A DNA stretch of 64,000 nt from Bacteroidales bacterium (GTDB taxonomy: Bacteria; Bacteroidota; Bacteroidia; Bacteroidales; JAADJA01). The DNA lies in assembly GCA_026984135.1 (NCBI GenBank), contig JALSSR010000035.1, positions 6,529 to 70,528 of the forward strand, written 5' to 3'. Of this stretch, positions 7,603-18,100 are shown piece by piece. Made by a program: the position numbers and the translations under genes. Position 1 is the stretch's first letter; each line of letters begins with the position of its first letter. The notes under the pieces were generated by a model. It was not told the origin of the DNA. It ran no database searches and saw only the letters and a program-made list of their open reading frames with translations.

Positions 7603-9402
7603 CTATTCAAAAGGTTTAATATCCTTGATATTAAGCTGTAGTTTGACGGTTCCGTTCCACTCGTTTTCTTCTATATGGAAACAAATATTGAACGGACCGT
7701 TTTTGACAATATCATAGGCATCGCTTTGTTGAAAAGCAATTGCGGAAACGGGATATCCTCTAATGTGGGGGTGTACGACATCAAGTTTCAAATGATTTTT
7801 TCCCACAATACGCGAAAAACCCGTGTCTATAACATTCTCGGTCATAAATACGGGCGACATATTTCCGGGGCCAAACGGTGCGAATTGCTTAAGTATCCTG
7901 AAGAACTTTTTATTTATATCGTTGAGACAAATATTTGCATCAATTTCTATCTCCGGAGTCAACATATTTTCCTGAATTGTTGATGCAACATACTCTTCAA
8001 ATCTTTTTTGAAATGCAACCAGGTTTTCAGGTTTTAAGGAAAGACCGGCAGCATATTTATGCCCGCCGAAATGCTCAAGCAGGTCGCTGCAGGCATCTAT
8101 GGCATCATAAACATCAAAATCTTTCACCGACCTTGCCGACCCGGTTATCAGTCCGTTGGATTTTGTTAAAACCACTGTGGGACGATAAAACGATTCGATT
8201 AACCTTGAAGCCACGATTCCGATTACTCCTTTATGCCACGATTCATTATAAACAACGGTTGTTTTTGCCTCAAGCAATTTTTTATCGTTTTTTATCATTT
8301 CGTTCGCCTCAAGGGTTATCTGAAAATCAAGATTTTTTCTTTCCGTGTTAAAGTCGTCAATTTGTTTTGCAAGATCCTCAGCCTCTTCAAGCGATTGGGC
8401 AAGTAAAAGTTTAACGGAATTTTCCGCATCTTCAATCCTTCCGGCAGCATTAATCCTGGGGCCCACAAGGAAAACCAGATCACTGATGGTCATATTTTTG
8501 GTGAAAGCAGGTTCGCCGTTATTGTTTTCATTCTTTTTGGAGACATTGCTGAATTTCAATATGGCTTCTATTCCCGGTCTCGGATTACTGTTAACAAGTT
8601 TTAACCCGTAATAAGCCAGGATCCTGTTTTCACCGGTAATCTTTACAATATCCGAGGCAATACTTACAACAACAAGGTCAAGGTATTTTTCAATTGTTTT
8701 AAAGGGAATATTATTCTTAACTGCAAATGCATGAACAAGCTTAAACCCAACGCCGCAACCCGAAAGCTCATCGAAAGGATAGGTGCTGTCGGCTCTTTTG
8801 GGGTCCAACACAGCAACTGCATCCGGAAGTTTATCACCCGGACGGTGATGGTCGCCGATTATGTAGTCAATACCTTTGCTTTTTGCATAAGCAATCTTTT
8901 CGACGGCTTTAATTCCGCAATCCAAAACAATTACAAGAGAGAAATTATTTTCGGCGGCATAGTCAATACTTTTATACGAAATACCATAACCCTCATCATA
9001 TCTGTCGGGGATGTAGTATTCGATATTGTCATAGTAGTTGCTTAAAAAAGAATAGACCAGTGCTACGGCAGTAGTTCCGTCAACATCGTAATCGCCGTAA
9101 ATCATTACTTTTTCCTCATTTCGTATTGCAGCTTCAATACGTTCGATTGCAACCTTCATATCATTCATCAGGAAAGGGTCGTGAAGGTCGTTCAGAGACG
9201 GGCGAAAGAATGATTTTGCATCTTCAAAAGTTTTTATTTCACGCTGTGCAAGCAAATTTGCAAGAGTAGAGTTTATGTTCAGCACCTCCGATAAGTGCTG
9301 AACCACACTACTTTCACCTTGTTTTTTTAGTACCCAGCGTTTCACTATAACTTGATTTTTTTGAAACCGTAAAGATATAGAATATTCGGTTGTACTTGTC
9401 AA
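7603..9402 (-). CDS. recJ: Single-stranded-DNA-specific exonuclease RecJ (start codon uncertain; TTG in the track)
   Basis: DHH-family motifs are present (GDYDVDGTT, DCG, GDHH, GGH..AAG) and the length is RecJ-like. Confidence 0.9.
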   Translation of the reverse strand: MTSTTEYSISLRFQKNQVIVKRWVLKKQGESSVVQHLSEVLNINSTLANLLAQREIKTFEDAKSFFRPSLNDLHDPFLMNDMKVAIERIEAAIRNEEKVMIYGDYDVDGTTAVALVYSFLSNYYDNIEYYIPDRYDEGYGISYKSIDYAAENNFSLVIVLDCGIKAVEKIAYAKSKGIDYIIGDHHRPGDKLPDAVAVLDPKRADSTYPFDELSGCGVGFKLVHAFAVKNNIPFKTIEKYLDLVVVSIASDIVKITGENRILAYYGLKLVNSNPRPGIEAILKFSNVSKKNENNNGEPAFTKNMTISDLVFLVGPRINAAGRIEDAENSVKLLLAQSLEEAEDLAKQIDDFNTERKNLDFQITLEANEMIKNDKKLLEAKTTVVYNESWHKGVIGIVASRLIESFYRPTVVLTKSNGLITGSARSVKDFDVYDAIDACSDLLEHFGGHKYAAGLSLKPENLVAFQKRFEEYVASTIQENMLTPEIEIDANICLNDINKKFFRILKQFAPFGPGNMSPVFMTENVIDTGFSRIVGKNHLKLDVVHPHIRGYPVSAIAFQQSDAYDIVKNGPFNICFHIEENEWNGTVKLQLNIKDIKPFE

Positions 9403-9463
9403 GATTTTTTGTGAATAATGCCCATTTTTACATAACTAACAGATTAAAAGAGAAATAAAAAAA

Positions 9464-10714
9464 TCAAAAAGTTGTCCTCATAGCCTCGACCGGGTCAAGG
9501 CGTGAGGCCGACCAGGAGGGAACAATACCTGCTGCAAGTCCGATAATCGCAGATACCGACAAACTGATAATTATATTACCTGTAGTAAGTTTTAATGGGA
9601 AGGGGATTATGTCGTAACTATTTGAGATTAAAATGAGTGAATAAATTATCAGAAGACCGATGAGGCCACCGAAGAGTGAAAGAAAAACCGACTCGAAAAG
9701 AAACTGGAAAAGGATAAAAAACCTTTTTGCACCGAGAGCCATTTGGATTCCTATCTGGTTTGTTCTCTCTTTAACCGACACAAACATAATATTTGCTATT
9801 CCGAATCCGCCCACAAGCAGTGAAAATCCACCTACTATCCATCCTACCATAGCAAAGACGGCAAATATCTGATCAAAGCCCTGCGATATTACACTTGTTT
9901 CGTTTATTGCAAAATTATTTTCGGCATCCGGTTTCAATCTTCTTACCGAGCGCATTATGCCCGTAAGCTCATCTCTTAGTTCGTCATTGCTAACCATAGG
10001 TTTTGCCATAACCACAATGGCACCGCCGGAACCTTCAACGTTTATATGATTACGGGCAAAGTTCACAGGAATAATAACCCTTTCGTCATCTGAATTCCCG
10101 AACATATCATCACCTTGTTTTTTCATCACACCGATAACCTTTAATTTGCTTCCGAATATTTTAATCGTCCGTCCTACGGGATCAAGTCCCTGGTAAAGAT
10201 TTTCGGCAATATCCGCACCTATTATGGCTACGTTTCTTCCTGTCTGCGACTCCATTGACGTAAAATAGCGGCCTTCCTGCAAATCAAAAGGCATTACCCG
10301 ATTATAATCGTGTGAAACAGCAATGACACCCACATCCTCAATACTGTTGTTCTTGTATTTTACAGTCCTGTTGGCACCGATAATAAAGGCACTATTTTCG
10401 GATGCCGTGCTTCGCTTTTGAATTTGTTTAAGTTCTTTTAAAGAAGGATCGGGGCGTTTCATTATCTTCCACCATTGTATATCGGGACCCATCATCCATG
10501 GCCATTTCTGAATAAAAAGGACATTACTTCCGAGACTGTTTATGCTCGATTTGACGGCAATTTCCATTGAGTCGAAAATTGTCAGAACGGAAATTACAGA
10601 AAATATTCCGATAGTAATCCCAAGCAATGAAAGCAGTGTTCTGACTTTATTTACTACGATTGATTGTAGTGCAAAACGGTAGCTTTCCCTGAATAATTTT
10701 AAAAATATTAGCAT
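9464..10714 (-). CDS. ABC transporter permease, FtsX/MacB-like (stand-alone)
   Basis: It has the MacB-type topology and a C-terminal FtsX domain ending SASRLDPVEAMR. Confidence 0.85.
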   Translation of the reverse strand: MLIFLKLFRESYRFALQSIVVNKVRTLLSLLGITIGIFSVISVLTIFDSMEIAVKSSINSLGSNVLFIQKWPWMMGPDIQWWKIMKRPDPSLKELKQIQKRSTASENSAFIIGANRTVKYKNNSIEDVGVIAVSHDYNRVMPFDLQEGRYFTSMESQTGRNVAIIGADIAENLYQGLDPVGRTIKIFGSKLKVIGVMKKQGDDMFGNSDDERVIIPVNFARNHINVEGSGGAIVVMAKPMVSNDELRDELTGIMRSVRRLKPDAENNFAINETSVISQGFDQIFAVFAMVGWIVGGFSLLVGGFGIANIMFVSVKERTNQIGIQMALGAKRFFILFQFLFESVFLSLFGGLIGLLIIYSLILISNSYDIIPFPLKLTTGNIIISLSVSAIIGLAAGIVPSWSASRLDPVEAMRTTF

Positions 10715-10821
10715 AACAGTAAGTTATCAAAAATGATTGTGTAAAAATAAGATAAACCTTTGAATAATCGAATAGAATTTAATTGTTACTTTGTAGCAGT
10801 GATTATTTGGAGTTTTAGATT

Positions 10822-10875
10822 GTGGTCATTAGGTGGTCATTAAGTAGTCATTAGGTGGTCATTGGTAGTCATTAA
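10822..10875. repeat. Tandem repeat of 10-11 bp units (GTRGTCATTRR), about 5 copies
   Basis: The units read gtggtcattag gtggtcattaa gtagtcattag gtggtcattg gtagtcattaa. Confidence 0.8.
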
Positions 10876-10902
10876 GTATTTATTATGTGGTTCAGCAGCG
10901 AA

Positions 10903-11033
10903 GCAAATGACAGAAAAGCAAATGACAGAAAAGCAAATGACAGAAAAGCAAATGACAGAAAAGCAAATGACAGAAAAGCAAATGACAGAAAAGCAAATGA
11001 CAGAAAAGCAAATGACAGAAAAGCAAATGACAT
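10903..11033. repeat. Perfect 15-bp tandem repeat GCAAATGACAGAAAA, 8 full copies plus a partial ninth
   Basis: Unit starts fall at 10903, 10918, ... 11008, with a truncated unit at 11023. The array ends 34 bp before the purH ATG. Confidence 0.95.
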
Positions 11034-11066
11034 AATCATTTAACAAACAATAAAATTAAACCTCAG

Positions 11067-12581
11067 ATGAAAAAAATTAAAAGTGCACTCATTTCGGTTT
11101 ATCACAAGGAGAGGCTTGATGAAATAGTTAAGCGTCTTGGAAACCTGGATATTAAGATTTATTCGACGGGCGGAACATACGATTTTATAAAAAAACTGGG
11201 TGTGGAGGCCACAACCGTTGAATCGCTTACATCATACCCGTCTATTCTCGGTGGCAGAGTGAAAACACTGCATCCCAAGGTTTTCGGAGGAATTCTCGGT
11301 CGCAGGGAAAATGAGAACGATATGAAGCAATTTGCCGAATACGGTATTCCCGAAATTGATCTTGTGGTTGTTGATCTTTATCCTTTTGAGGAGACTGTTG
11401 CCTCTACCGATAATGAGTCCGAAATAATTGAAAAAATAGACATCGGAGGAATATCTCTTATCAGGGCAGCCGCAAAAAATTATAAAGATGTCATTATTGT
11501 CCCTTCCTTTGCTCAGTATGACGACCTTATCAAACTTCTTGATGAGAAAAACGGAAGTTCCGATATTAACGACAGAAGATATTTTGCAACTCAGGCATTC
11601 AATGTTTCATCGCATTACGATACTGCTATTTTCAATTATTTTAACAAAGATGATGAGCTTGCTTTTAAGCAAAGTTTCACAAAATCCCGCGTTTTACGAT
11701 ATGGTGAGAACCCGCATCAGAAAGGGCTGTTTTTCGGCAATTTGGATGATGTTTTTGAACAGCTTCACGGGAAAGCCATTTCATACAATAACATCGGTGA
11801 CCTGGATGCAGCCGTTAATCTGATTATGGAGTTTGATGATCCGACGTTTGCCGTATTGAAACATAACAATGCCTGTGGTATAGCAACCCGTGAAAAACTG
11901 ATTGATGCATGGAAAGATGCTCTTGCGGGAGATCCTGTTTCGGCTTTTGGCGGGGTTTTAATAACCAATCGTGAGGTTGATGCCGAGACAGCTGAAGAGA
12001 TAAATAAACTCTTTTTCGAGATTATTTTGGCACCGGGGTATGAAAATAATGCACTGGAACTGCTTAAGTCAAAGAAAAATAGAATAATTTTGCAAAAGAA
12101 ATCCTATGATTTCCCGGTAAAACAATTCAGATCGGTTATGAACGGAGTTATTGTGCAGGACAGAGATTTAAATACGGAAAAGGAAGATGACCTTAAAGTT
12201 GTAACAAAAGTTGCGCCTTCACGTTATGAGATTGAAGACCTGTTGTTTGCAAATAAAGTTGTGAAGCACACAAAATCCAACACAATCGTGCTGGTTAAAA
12301 ACAAGCAATTGTGTGCGAGTGGAGTAGGGCAGACTTCAAGGGTTGACGCTCTTAAACAAGCTATTGAGAAGGCTAATTCTTTCGGGTTTGATTTAAACGG
12401 TGCCGTTATGGCTTCGGATGCTTTTTTCCCGTTTGCCGATTCGGTTGAGATAGCTGATAAAGCCGGTATTAAAGCGGTTATTCAGCCCGGTGGATCAATC
12501 AGGGATAAAGACTCAATAGAATACTGCGATGAACACGGTATGAGTATGGTTTTTACAGGTGTGCGTCATTTTAAACATTAA
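11067..12581 (+). CDS. purH: Bifunctional AICAR transformylase / IMP cyclohydrolase
   Basis: It has the N-terminal MGS-like domain (ALISVYHKERL...STGGT), the YGENPHQ motif, and the C-terminal ...FTGVRHFKH. Confidence 0.95.
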   Translation: MKKIKSALISVYHKERLDEIVKRLGNLDIKIYSTGGTYDFIKKLGVEATTVESLTSYPSILGGRVKTLHPKVFGGILGRRENENDMKQFAEYGIPEIDLVVVDLYPFEETVASTDNESEIIEKIDIGGISLIRAAAKNYKDVIIVPSFAQYDDLIKLLDEKNGSSDINDRRYFATQAFNVSSHYDTAIFNYFNKDDELAFKQSFTKSRVLRYGENPHQKGLFFGNLDDVFEQLHGKAISYNNIGDLDAAVNLIMEFDDPTFAVLKHNNACGIATREKLIDAWKDALAGDPVSAFGGVLITNREVDAETAEEINKLFFEIILAPGYENNALELLKSKKNRIILQKKSYDFPVKQFRSVMNGVIVQDRDLNTEKEDDLKVVTKVAPSRYEIEDLLFANKVVKHTKSNTIVLVKNKQLCASGVGQTSRVDALKQAIEKANSFGFDLNGAVMASDAFFPFADSVEIADKAGIKAVIQPGGSIRDKDSIEYCDEHGMSMVFTGVRHFKH

Positions 12582-12595
12582 AAACATTTAAGAAT

Positions 12596-13618
12596 ATGGG
12601 CTTATTTTCATTCTTTACCAAAGATATTGCAATTGACCTCGGAACAGCGAATACCATTATCATTTATAATGACAAGGTCGTGCTGGATGAGCCTTCTATT
12701 GTAGCAATAGAAAGAAACACGGGCAGAATTATTGCCGTTGGCAAAAAGGCAATGATGATGCATGGCAAAACTCACGAAAATATCAAAACCATTCGCCCTT
12801 TACGCGACGGTGTTATTGCCGATTTTCAGTCTGCCGAATTTATGATCAGGGAGATGATCAAAATGATATGGTCGAAAAAGCCGTTGTTTCCGCCGGCATT
12901 GAAAATGGTTATTTGCATCCCCTCCGGTATAACCGAGGTGGAGGAAAGAGCCGTCAGGGATTCGGCAGAGCAAGCAGGTGCCAAAGATGTTAAACTCATT
13001 CATGAACCGATGGCTGCGGCTATTGGAATCGGAATAGACGTTATGGAACCGACAGGCAATATGATTATTGACATCGGAGGTGGTACAAGCGAAATTGCGG
13101 TTATTGCTCTTGGTGGAATTGTGAACAATAAGTCAATCCGGATTGCAGGCGATGACTTCAACTCCGACATAGAAGAGTATATGCGTAAGCAACATAATAT
13201 CAACATTGGCGAAAGAACAGCCGAGAGAATAAAAATCGAAGTGGGTGCGGCTATGACGGAAATTGATAATCCGCCTGAGGAATATGCAGTTCACGGCAGG
13301 GATATGTTGACGGGTATTCCGAAAGAGATAAAGGTAAACTATTCGGAAATAGCACATTGCCTTGACAAATCAATATCAAAAATTGAGGCTGCAGTGCTTC
13401 ATGCATTGGAGATGACTCCTCCGGAGTTGTCTGCCGATATTTTCAGAACAGGTATTTACCTTGCCGGTGGAGGCTCGATGTTAAGAGGCCTTGACAAAAG
13501 GATACATCTTAAAACAAAGCTTCCGGTTCATGTTGCCGAAGACCCGCTAAGAGCTGTTGCAAGAGGTACCGGTATTGCTTTGAAAAATTTCGACAGGTTT
13601 ACGTTCCTTATTAAGTAG
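12596..13618 (+). CDS. mreB: Rod shape-determining protein MreB
   Basis: Actin-like ATPase motifs are present: DLGTANT, DIGGGTSE, LAGGGSMLRGL. Confidence 0.95.
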   Translation: MGLFSFFTKDIAIDLGTANTIIIYNDKVVLDEPSIVAIERNTGRIIAVGKKAMMMHGKTHENIKTIRPLRDGVIADFQSAEFMIREMIKMIWSKKPLFPPALKMVICIPSGITEVEERAVRDSAEQAGAKDVKLIHEPMAAAIGIGIDVMEPTGNMIIDIGGGTSEIAVIALGGIVNNKSIRIAGDDFNSDIEEYMRKQHNINIGERTAERIKIEVGAAMTEIDNPPEEYAVHGRDMLTGIPKEIKVNYSEIAHCLDKSISKIEAAVLHALEMTPPELSADIFRTGIYLAGGGSMLRGLDKRIHLKTKLPVHVAEDPLRAVARGTGIALKNFDRFTFLIK

Positions 13619-13701
13619 GATACAAGAAATACTGAGTTGTTCTTTGTTTGTGCAGATAATCCGGCTTTGAAGATTTTTTAACTTATCAGTAATTTTTTAT
13701 T

Positions 13702-14523
13702 GTGCGACATTTTTTTGCATACATATTCAGGCATTATTTCTTTTTCCTGTTCCTCATCCTTGAGTTGTCAGCGTTTTCATTTATTCTGCAAAACAACTTT
13801 CAGCGTGCGGCATTTTTAAACTCCACCGGATCTTTTACAGGATCAATAATAAATTCATACAACAATATAATCGAGTACCTTTCGCTTAAGAAAGCCAATA
13901 CAAATCTTGTTAAAGAAAACGAAATTCTTAGGAATATAATTGCCGGAAAAGGCGGTAAAACCCGGAATTTCGTAAACAATTATGTTTCGGATTCATCATT
14001 CAGATATATTGGTGCCAAAGTAATTAAGAACAGTATTAACAGGCAAAAAAATTATCTGATGCTCAACAGGGGCTCAAAAGACGGTATTAGTGTTGATATG
14101 GGAGTTGTATCTGCCGACGGAGTGGTTGGTACCGTTATCCGGGTCTCGGATAATTATTCGCTTGTGATGTCGGTTCTGAATATTAGTAACAGGATAAATG
14201 CACGTATAAAAAAGAACGGACATACGGGAACAATTGAATGGGACGGAAAGAATTACAGAAAAGGTGTTTTAATTGATATCCCTACCCATATTGTATTGTA
14301 TCGCGGCGACACTGTTGTCACCAGTGGCAACTCTAATATTTTTCCCGAGAATATTATGATAGGTACGGTTGATGAATATTTTTCGGAAAAGGGTCATAAA
14401 TTTAATACTGCAACCGTTGATTTCTCGGTTGACTATAACAATGTTTATTACGTTTATGTCATTTCTAATCTGATGCGAGAGGAGCAACTTAAATTGGAGG
14501 AGGGAGTTGAAAATGAGAAATAG
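13702..14523 (+). CDS. mreC: Rod shape-determining protein MreC (GTG start)
   Basis: It lies after mreB and has an N-terminal TM helix, a coiled segment (LVKENEILRN) and a beta-rich C-terminal domain. Confidence 0.8.
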   Translation: MRHFFAYIFRHYFFFLFLILELSAFSFILQNNFQRAAFLNSTGSFTGSIINSYNNIIEYLSLKKANTNLVKENEILRNIIAGKGGKTRNFVNNYVSDSSFRYIGAKVIKNSINRQKNYLMLNRGSKDGISVDMGVVSADGVVGTVIRVSDNYSLVMSVLNISNRINARIKKNGHTGTIEWDGKNYRKGVLIDIPTHIVLYRGDTVVTSGNSNIFPENIMIGTVDEYFSEKGHKFNTATVDFSVDYNNVYYVYVISNLMREEQLKLEEGVENEK

Positions 14524-15025
14524 TTTTATAACATACATATTTCGTTTTATAATTCTGGTACTGGTTCAGGTTACAATCCTTGATAATATAAATTTCGGCG
14601 GATACATTAACCCTTACCTCTATGTTTATTTTATTTTGTTACTACCGTTTGAAGTACCCGGATGGATATTACTTATTTCTGCTTTTTTAATGGGTTTAAG
14701 TATAGATATGTTTGAAAACACTATGGGAATAAATGCTGCTGCTACGGTGTTAATGGCGTTTTTCAGACCAACGGTTTTAAGAAGTCTCTCTTCGGGAAAG
14801 GATTATGAAAAGGGTTCAAAACCTTCAATCGGATACAACGGATTCAGGTGGTTTTTTACTTATTCGTTAATTTTGATATTTATTCATCATGTCGCTCTGT
14901 TTTATCTTGAGGTATTCAGGTTTACACATTTTTTTGCAACACTTCAGCGAACCTTGCTGAGCACTATATTTACATTGATATTAATAATTATTGTTCAATA
15001 TATTTTTGAAAAACCTGAGAGGTAA
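14507..15025 (+). CDS. mreD: Rod shape-determining protein MreD
   Basis: A small polytopic membrane protein that overlaps mreC by 17 nt. Confidence 0.7.
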   Translation: MKMRNSFITYIFRFIILVLVQVTILDNINFGGYINPYLYVYFILLLPFEVPGWILLISAFLMGLSIDMFENTMGINAAATVLMAFFRPTVLRSLSSGKDYEKGSKPSIGYNGFRWFFTYSLILIFIHHVALFYLEVFRFTHFFATLQRTLLSTIFTLILIIIVQYIFEKPER

Positions 15026-15161
15026 AGAATTAATCTTTGCATTAGTCTTATAATCAGTAAATTATGAGTGGATTTCTTTTATTTTATACAAAAGCATTTT
15101 TTGATTACTTTTTTTTATATATTTACCCCGTAAAAATTGACATTGTTTCTCAGGTACCATT

Positions 15162-18100
15162 ATGGCAGTAAATAAGAATGATATCACCTTTTGGCTCGAG
15201 CTATTTGAGGAGGGCCCCGATATGTTTTTTATTGTGGATGTTTCAGGACGAATTAACTCTGTAAACCTCTTTGGTGCCGGGCATTTGGGTTATACCAAGG
15301 AAGAACTCACAGGGAAATCGGTTTGGAAAGTAGTCTATAAGGATGACCTTCCTTACGTTAAGTCAAAAATAGCGGAAATTATTCGGAATAAAACAGAATT
15401 GGGTGAACTTGAATTCCGGAAGATTACCAAAGACGGCAAGTTACTTTTTGTTCACGAACGTACAAAGCTGTTGTTAAATAGCAATAATGAGGTAGAAAAA
15501 ATTCTTATTATTTGCCGTGATATTTCCGAAAGAAAAGTTACGGAAGATAAGTTAATCGAAGAAGAAGAAAAATACAGAACACTTGCAAATAATATTAATG
15601 TAGGGTTATACAGAAGCACAGCCGACAAAAATGGTCATTTTATAGAAGTTAATCCCGCACTGGTTGAAATGTTTGGATACGAAAGCAAAGAGGAGTTTAT
15701 GAAATTGACCGTAAGTGATCTTTATATGAATCCGGAAGACAGGGCGGAATTTCAGGAAGTTATTTCCAAACAGGGATCTGTTAAAGGCAGAAAGGTCTTA
15801 TTAAAACATTTTGATGGTACTACTTTTCCCGCATCAATATCCACCGTCGTCGTCAAAGATAAAAACGGGAAACCGAAATATTATGACGGAATAGTTGAAG
15901 ATGTTTCCTATATGGAAAAAGCCCAAGAGAATATAAGGAAAAGGGAGGAACAATACAAAAGCCTTTTTAACCTTTCTCCCAGCGGCGTAATATTGCTTGA
16001 CAAATCAGGGACAATAATTGATGTTAACCCTGCCTATTCGGAGATTTTCGGTTATGATATTGATGAGCTTGCAGGACAAAAAGTTGATATGCTTGTACAT
16101 CCCGACTTCAAATCGGAAGTAAAAGAGAATATTCAAAGGATACTTAATGGAGAAGTGTTAAGAAAAGTTGTTAAAAGTGTCGCAAAAGACGATTCAATAG
16201 TATACCTTGAATTATTTGAAAAAAGAATTGAACTACCTGACGGTAGTTTTGGTGTGCTTAGTATTGCCAATGATATCACAGAAAGGGTGTTGATTGAGAA
16301 AAAGTTAAAAAAAGAGCATCATCTGTCCGAATATTACAGGAAACTTTTTGAAGGAGTTATTTCAGCAACACCGTATCCAATCTTTTTCAAAGACAAAGAG
16401 GGTAATTATCTCGGATGTAATAATGCTTTTACTGAACAATTGGGTGTTACTTTTGATGAGGTTGCAGGTAAAAAAGTATATGAAATTTGGCCGGATGAAA
16501 AATCCATGGAATACCATCGCGAGGATATGGATTTGATGAAAAATCCTCGGAAGGTGGTTTCTGAAAGAATAATTAAGGATAAAAACGGGAACAATAGAAC
16601 AGTCCTTTTCAGTAAAGATGTTTTTTATGATGAAAACGGAAATGTTGCAGGGCTTGTAGGGGCCTATGCTGATATTACTGAAAGAAAAAGGATAGAGGAG
16701 GAATTAAGAGAAAGTGAAGAAAAGTACAGATTAATTGTTGAAAAGCAGACCGATCTGGTAGTTAAGGTTGATAAAGAAGGCCGATACCTGTTTGTCAGTC
16801 CTTCATATTGCAGAACCTTCGGCAAAACGGAAGAGGAACTTCTCGGAAAATCGTTTATGCCTTTGGTTCATAAAGATGATGTTGAAAATACAAAAAAAGC
16901 TATTGAGGCATTAAGTAAACCGCCGTATAAAGTTTATCATGAACAGAGGGCATTAACCAAAGATGGATGGCGCTGGTTATCGTGGGTTGATGATGCTGTT
17001 TTGGATGAAAACAACAATGTGAAAGAGATTATCGGAGTTGGAAGGGATATAACCGAAATCAAGAAAAATCAGGAGGCAGTCAAACTTTCCGAACAGAGTT
17101 ATAAGAACCTGTTTAACTCTACCAATGATGCTATTTATGTGCTGAATGAAAAGGGAGAGTTTATTGATGTTAACAAAGGTGCCGAGAAAATGTACGGCTA
17201 TCCTCACGAGTTTTTTATCGGAAAAACTCCTGTTGACCTCTCTGCGCCGGGCTTGAATGACCTTGACGATACTTTTGAGCGATTAGTTAAAGCGTTTAAT
17301 GGAGAACCACAACAATTCGAGTTTTGGGGTTTGGCCAAATCCGGTAGAATTTTTCCCAAGGAAGTTAAATTATACCCGGGAACATATTTTGGAGAAAAAG
17401 TGATAATTACTTTTGCGCAGGATATTACGGAACGTTTGAAAGCGGAAGAGGAGATTAGAAAACTTTCCCGTGCCATTGAACAAAGTCCTACTATTTTTGT
17501 GATAACCGACCTTGTTGGAAACATTGAATATGTTAATCCTGCATTTTCAGATATTACCGGATATTCCAAAGAAGAAGCTATCGGGGAAAACCCTCGTATT
17601 TTGAAATCGGGGAAAACTCCGGAAGAGCTTTATAAAGAGTTATGGGAAACATTATCTTCAGGTAATGAATGGCACGGGCAATTCATAAATCGTAAGAAAA
17701 ACGGTGAACTGTACTGGGAGTCGGCAAATATTTATCCCTTGAAAAATGAAGCAGGAAACATAACTCATTTCATTGCCATTAAAGAGGATATCACAATTCA
17801 AAAGAAACTTGAACAGGAACTTATTGATGCAAAGGAAAAAGCGGAGGAATCCGACAGGCTCAAATCGGCATTCCTGGCAAATATGTCTCATGAAATTAGA
17901 ACACCTATGAATGCCATTCTTGGATTTTCCCAGTTACTCGCTGATGAAAACATAACAAATATTGATAAAAAGCAATTTATTAATCTCATTCATACCAGCG
18001 GCAACTCCCTGATGAATATAATAAATGATATTATTGATATTTCAAGAATCGAAGCAGGTGAGTTCAAGGTTATTAAAAAAATATATGATGTTGATAATAT

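Noticed and set aside
10903-11033. Possible CRISPR array, because of the regularly spaced identical repeats
   Set aside because: The units abut each other with no spacers, the unit is only 15 bp, and no cas genes are present. It is a plain tandem repeat.
10840-11046. Track ORF translating to VICFSVICFS... (68 aa, minus strand)
   Set aside because: It is simply the reading of the perfect 15-bp tandem repeat. It has no start context and no protein-like features, so I treat it as non-coding repeat DNA.
13619-15161. Absence of mrdA/rodA after mreBCD as a sign of rearrangement
   Set aside because: Gene order after mreD varies among Bacteroidota, and nothing in the sequence (no repeats, no remnants) indicates a recent event.
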